Made by a program: the position numbers and the translations under genes. Source: Candidatus Margulisiibacteriota bacterium (GTDB lineage Bacteria > Margulisbacteria > WOR-1 > CAVSGV01 > JBHPDX01). From it: a DNA stretch of 51,244 nucleotides. The notes beneath the pieces were generated by a model. The model saw only the letters and a list, made by a program, of their open reading frames with translations, ran no database searches and was not told where the DNA came from. Position 1 is the first letter of the stretch, and each line of letters starts with the position of its first letter. The stretch lies in NCBI GenBank assembly GCA_042577445.1, contig JBHPDX010000003.1, positions 1 through 51,244 of the forward strand, in the 5' to 3' direction. This document shows positions 47,584-51,244 of the stretch, one piece after another.

Positions 47584-48519
47584 CTACCAAACTTTATTCG
47601 CAGTAAAGATATCCAAATTAAGATACTTTACGGGGTTTATAGCATAGCCATTCTTCTTGATCTCATAGTGCACATGCGGCCCTGTAGCAAACCCTGTAGA
47701 ACCTACATGGGCGATTACCTGCCCTTTTACTACGCGGCTTCCTACCCCGACAAGAAGCTTGGAGCAGTGGCCGTACATTGACTTAACGCCATAACCATGG
47801 TCAATTATCACTGTCTTGCCGTATCCTCCACGCCACCCGGAATGCGTTACCACTCCATTGGCGCCGGTTCTTATAGGTGTTCCATACCATGCAACAATAT
47901 CAATCCCGCTATGGAAGCCTCTCCATGGATAATAGCGGTATCCGTATCCGGAGATGATCCTTCCATATATAGGCCATATTGACGGAGTCACTGCAAAGCG
48001 GTTCCTCAGGTATTTAACTGTTCGAAGCAGTGATTTTAAGCTGTCTCTCTGCTTCTCTATGTTCTCATTGACATATGTAAGCTCATTAGTGATCTTGTCT
48101 ATTCTAAGTTTTGCGCCTCTGTCAGCGATTATTGTGCTTCTCTTTTTAGGCTTAAGCATAGCCGTAATGGTATTATTATCCTTCATTTTAAGCCCCAGAA
48201 GCTTGCGCAGCTGAGTATCCCTGCTTACCAGCTCTTTCATGGCCTTTTTTAGCTGGTTAGTTTCCGCTGTAAAATAACTTATGACCTGCTTCTGTTCTTC
48301 GCTTGTCTGCACCATTGTATTATAGTGGACAAGCCGGCGCGACAGATTTGCTGAATATAACAATGAAGACGCGATAAAGATGACAGAAACGAGGAAAACA
48401 CCCAAAACCGTGTACAGTACCCAGTTCCTGAGCTTAAAATTCACGATCCCCTTTGAGGAATCATGAGGCACGATCAGGAAGGTCGTATATCTATTCTCTT
48501 TAAGACGCCTCAGCTGCAC
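47584..48519 (-). CDS. M23 family metallopeptidase with TM anchor and coiled coil
   Basis: PSIWP, HSGID, GGYGK, YGHC, GSTG.ATGPHVHYE. Confidence 0.93.
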   Translation of the reverse strand: MQLRRLKENRYTTFLIVPHDSSKGIVNFKLRNWVLYTVLGVFLVSVIFIASSLLYSANLSRRLVHYNTMVQTSEEQKQVISYFTAETNQLKKAMKELVSRDTQLRKLLGLKMKDNNTITAMLKPKKRSTIIADRGAKLRIDKITNELTYVNENIEKQRDSLKSLLRTVKYLRNRFAVTPSIWPIYGRIISGYGYRYYPWRGFHSGIDIVAWYGTPIRTGANGVVTHSGWRGGYGKTVIIDHGYGVKSMYGHCSKLLVGVGSRVVKGQVIAHVGSTGFATGPHVHYEIKKNGYAINPVKYLNLDIFTANKVW

Positions 48520-48611
48520 TTAAACTCTCCTTTAGATTTTTCAAGTGATGATAGAAAATAATAGCAAAAAAATGGCGGTTAGTCAATAAATATACAAGGG
48601 GAAGCTAACGA

Positions 48612-48720
48612 AAGAATCGGGGCGGCCGGATTCGAACCTTTCTCAGAACTTTCGTTTGCTTCGCATTATATATAAAAGGTAAAACAAAAGTTCTTCGCGA
48701 TCTCACCGCCCCAAGGTGAG
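48612..48720 (-). pseudogene. Partial tRNA-Pro(GGG) duplicate interrupted by a ~59-bp hairpin
   Basis: 48612-48638 identical to 48744-48770 (27 bp); 48698-48720 resembles the variable loop and anticodon arm; insert carries IR 48645-48657/48682-48694 (12/13 match). Confidence 0.7.
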
Positions 48721-48748
48721 AGATTTGTGCTTTACATTAAGTGAAGAA

Positions 48749-48824
48749 TCGGGGCGGCCGGATTCGAACCGACGATCTCTACCACCCCAAGGTAGCGCCT
48801 TAGACCAAGCTGGGCCACGCCCCG
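48749..48824 (-). tRNA. tRNA-Pro(GGG), CCA not encoded
   Basis: CGGGGCG..CTACC-TTGGGGT-GGTAG..TTCGAAT..CGCCCCGA. Confidence 0.95.
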
Positions 48825-48895
48825 ATTCTTAAAATAATGCGTCAGCAAGCGCAAATCTCGAATTAGCCCTTAGGCCAAATTGGACCATGTCTTAA

Positions 48896-49528
48896 TTAGA
48901 CTAGCTTTTCTTTTTTGAAGAACTTCTTGATCGAATCCCGGGCCTTCTTTTCCCTGCCCCAGATGATCCTTACTGTATCTTGTCTGTGTGTATATAAGGC
49001 GATCAGAAAATATACTATGCCGAATATGATATATGTCTGTGAAAAATCCCACATATACATCGTTATGGGGACAAGGGCCGTGGAAAGTAAACTGGCTGCG
49101 ACAAAGTAGTTGGTCAAGCCAGTGAATACACACCATCCCACGAATATCCATAACATTAATTGGGCATTGATGGCAAATAAGACCCCTGTAGTAGTAGCTA
49201 TACCTTTACCGCCGGAAAATTTGAGGAATATTGAATAATCATGCCCCAGTATCGCGGCGAGACCTGCAAGTCCCATTGAAAGATCGGTGCCGACAACTTC
49301 TCTGGCTACGAGCACCGGAACAACCCCTTTTAAGACATCGAAGATATAAACAAGGGCGCCGATCGCAGGTCCGGCAACAATCAAAGCATTGGTCGCGCCG
49401 ACATTCCCGGTCCCAGCTTTCCTTATATCCACTCCCTTTTTGAGCCTGCCGGCAATATATGCTGAAGGAATGGAGCCAAGAAGATACGCAAGAACGAACA
49501 GAACGATCAACTTAAGTGTAATGATCAT
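48896..49528 (-). CDS. plsY: Glycerol-3-phosphate acyltransferase PlsY
   Basis: YLLGSIP, DIRKAGTGNVGATN, DVLKG, LGHDYSIF..GGKGIAT, HRQ. Confidence 0.95.
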   Translation of the reverse strand: MIITLKLIVLFVLAYLLGSIPSAYIAGRLKKGVDIRKAGTGNVGATNALIVAGPAIGALVYIFDVLKGVVPVLVAREVVGTDLSMGLAGLAAILGHDYSIFLKFSGGKGIATTTGVLFAINAQLMLWIFVGWCVFTGLTNYFVAASLLSTALVPITMYMWDFSQTYIIFGIVYFLIALYTHRQDTVRIIWGREKKARDSIKKFFKKEKLV

Positions 49529-50007
49529 TTGCTTAAGTTGAACTCTTTATGAAGTATCTCCACGGCCTTTTTGCCCTGATCGGCCTTCACAACACAGGAA
49601 ATCTTTATTTCAGAAGTGCTTATCATCTCAATATTGATCTTGTTTTTGGCAAGAGCGCTGAACATAGTAGCGGCAACACCAGGCTTAGAGATCATCCCCA
49701 CTCCGACAATGGAAACCTTGGCCACATTGTCATCAGAGGTCACTCCTTCGGCCTTGAGCTCCTCGGCTACTTTTTTAGTGACCTGCACAGCTTTTTTCAT
49801 GTCCGGTTTTGAGACAGTAAAAGCCATATCTGCCAAAGAGCCGGCTGAATGCACGCTCTGGATGATCATATCTACATTGACCTTCGCCTCACCCAAGGCA
49901 GTGAACAATTTTGAAGCACTTCCGGGTTTATCCTGTATTTTAAGGATGCCCACCTTTGCGATATTACTATCAACCGCCACACCGGAAACAACATCTTTCT
50001 TTTCCAT
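49525..50007 (-). CDS. lysC: Aspartate kinase beta subunit (in-frame internal start at Met246)
   Basis: AAGGAGGT, 7-nt spacer, then in-frame ATG just before the ACT domains. Confidence 0.7.
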   Translation of the reverse strand: MEKKDVVSGVAVDSNIAKVGILKIQDKPGSASKLFTALGEAKVNVDMIIQSVHSAGSLADMAFTVSKPDMKKAVQVTKKVAEELKAEGVTSDDNVAKVSIVGVGMISKPGVAATMFSALAKNKINIEMISTSEIKISCVVKADQGKKAVEILHKEFNLSK

Positions 50008-50742
50008 TTCTTTTACCTCCTTTATAAGTGTCCCCTGTTTATCCGACGAACTGGAACGCAGATGGATCACCAGGCCGTAATTCTTGGCGCACTCAATTGA
50101 ACGAGGATGCAGGACCTGAGCCCCAAGACTGGCAAGCTCGAGCATTTCCTCATATGAGATCACAGGAAGCTTTTTGGCATCCGGAACGATCCTGGGATCA
50201 GTTGAATAGACACCGTCAACATCAGTATATATCTCGCAAACATCCGCTTTCAAAGCTGCGGCAATAACAACAGCGGAGGTATCAGACCCACCTCGTCCGA
50301 TCGTCGTTATATCACCGTTATGATCAACCCCCTGAAAGCCAGTCACGATGACGATCTTGCCGTCACCCAGTTCTTTTTGGATCCTGCCAAGCTTAATATG
50401 GGTAATTCTCGCTTTAGAAGGGATATCCTCCGTATGCACGCCTGCCTGCCATCCGGTGAGAGACACAGCTTTGTATCCCAGGGCATGAATAGCCATGGTC
50501 AGGAGCGAAGCGGATACCTGCTCCCCGGTTGAGAGCAGCATGTCATATTCCCGGGGGTCCGGGTTATCCGTGATCTTATGCATCAGATCAATGAGCTCAT
50601 CCGTTGAATGCCCCATTGCCGAAACAATAACGACCACATCATTGCCTTTTGCCCTGTCTTTAGCTATTCGGCTGGCAACTTTTTTTATTTTCTCAGGGGT
50701 GCCAACTGATGTTCCCCCATATTTCTGTACGATTATAGCCAT
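49525..50742 (-). CDS. lysC: Aspartate kinase (alpha subunit, two ACT domains)
   Basis: KYGGTSVG, GRGGSDTSA, DVDGVYSTDPR, SEIKIS. Confidence 0.97.
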   Translation of the reverse strand: MAIIVQKYGGTSVGTPEKIKKVASRIAKDRAKGNDVVVIVSAMGHSTDELIDLMHKITDNPDPREYDMLLSTGEQVSASLLTMAIHALGYKAVSLTGWQAGVHTEDIPSKARITHIKLGRIQKELGDGKIVIVTGFQGVDHNGDITTIGRGGSDTSAVVIAAALKADVCEIYTDVDGVYSTDPRIVPDAKKLPVISYEEMLELASLGAQVLHPRSIECAKNYGLVIHLRSSSSDKQGTLIKEVKEMEKKDVVSGVAVDSNIAKVGILKIQDKPGSASKLFTALGEAKVNVDMIIQSVHSAGSLADMAFTVSKPDMKKAVQVTKKVAEELKAEGVTSDDNVAKVSIVGVGMISKPGVAATMFSALAKNKINIEMISTSEIKISCVVKADQGKKAVEILHKEFNLSK

Positions 50743-50805
50743 GATTCCTTCCTTTAAAACAATGGGAAATTATATCATGAATTCCATCTGTTTGCACAAA
50801 CATAA

Positions 50806-50950
50806 CGATGTTCATGAGGTATGGTAAGGGTTGGGATATTGGTTTGATGTAAGAAGCGAGAAGTGTGTGCTGGAAACCGCGTTGCCCCATCTAACATCGA
50901 ACTTCAAGCTCACATCCACGCCCCAACCTCATATCCGACTTCATTCATCG
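50806..50950. repeat. Long imperfect hairpin (G-rich arm / C-rich arm)
   Basis: CGATG/CATCG, ATGAGGT/ACTTCAT, GGTTGGG/CCCAACC and GTTTGATGTAAGA/TCTAACATCGAAC nested pairings. Confidence 0.6.
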
Positions 50951-50977
50951 AATATTTACTGGTATAATAAAATCAAT

Positions 50978-51244
50978 ATGTTCACGATAACAAATCGCCA
51001 ATATGAATTGATCATGCATCAGGCACAGTCTTGCTACCCACAGGAATCAGGGGGCATTCTTGGAGGGAGAGAAGATGTGATCCTGGGTATTCTTCCTATC
51101 CACAATAAATTCCTTTATGACCGGACCGGAACTTTCGGCATGGACACAGATGACATCGACCGCGGGTATCAATTCCTGGCAAAACATAAATTGGATTACT
51201 ACGGAATATACCACAGCCATCCAAAAGGCATCCCCTACCCTTCC
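50978..51244 (+). CDS. JAB/Mov34/MPN metalloprotease, 3' end runs off the window
   Basis: Not in the ORF track. MFTITNRQYELIMHQAQSCYPQESGGILGG..YGIYHSHPKGIPYPS, JAMM motif E..HSHP..S. Confidence 0.88.
   Translation, partial: MFTITNRQYELIMHQAQSCYPQESGGILGGREDVILGILPIHNKFLYDRTGTFGMDTDDIDRGYQFLAKHKLDYYGIYHSHPKGIPYPS

Noticed and set aside
50743-50977. Lysine riboswitch upstream of lysC
   Set aside because: No AGAGGyGC P1/P2 core or five-way junction is recognisable; the region folds as one long hairpin.

Overview
A 51-kb bacterial chromosomal segment made mostly of housekeeping genes: glmU N-terminal half, RRM-yqeK-LCP-rsfS, ppdK-dgt-dnaG-rpoD, a Lol-like ABC operon, a Na/Pi cotransporter, pabB/pabC-like genes, BtuCDF-like ABC, ftsK, uppP, secDF, tgt, queA, tonB/btuB-like genes, rsmI, bactofilin-M23, plsY, lysC and a JAB protein, plus 7 tRNAs. 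Firmicutes/Cyanobacteria-like synteny combined with outer-membrane genes suggests a diderm Terrabacteria lineage such as Margulisbacteria/Saganbacteria (inference only). I found no CRISPR array, integrase or transposase. The most striking signal is that six dispersed accessory transcription units share an upstream motif with an invariant 15-nt spacer, (TGAAA|GCAAG)-N15-(G/C)NCGA(T/A)NN, matching the sigma-28/FliA consensus, while no flagellar gene lies in the window. Four of these units encode orphans without signal peptides but with divergent low-complexity N-termini. The other two encode a T9SS-CTD-like surface protein with a PorV-like barrel, and a chimeric remnant of that pair. I propose a dispersed alternative-sigma export or host-interaction regulon. 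Other candidates are a compact T-loop RNA with an SD-sequestering hairpin before the btuB-like gene, an attenuator before the Na/Pi transporter, an ATA-initiated rsfS, an internal lysC beta-subunit start, a hairpin-interrupted tRNA-Pro duplicate and heptamer-repeat hairpins.
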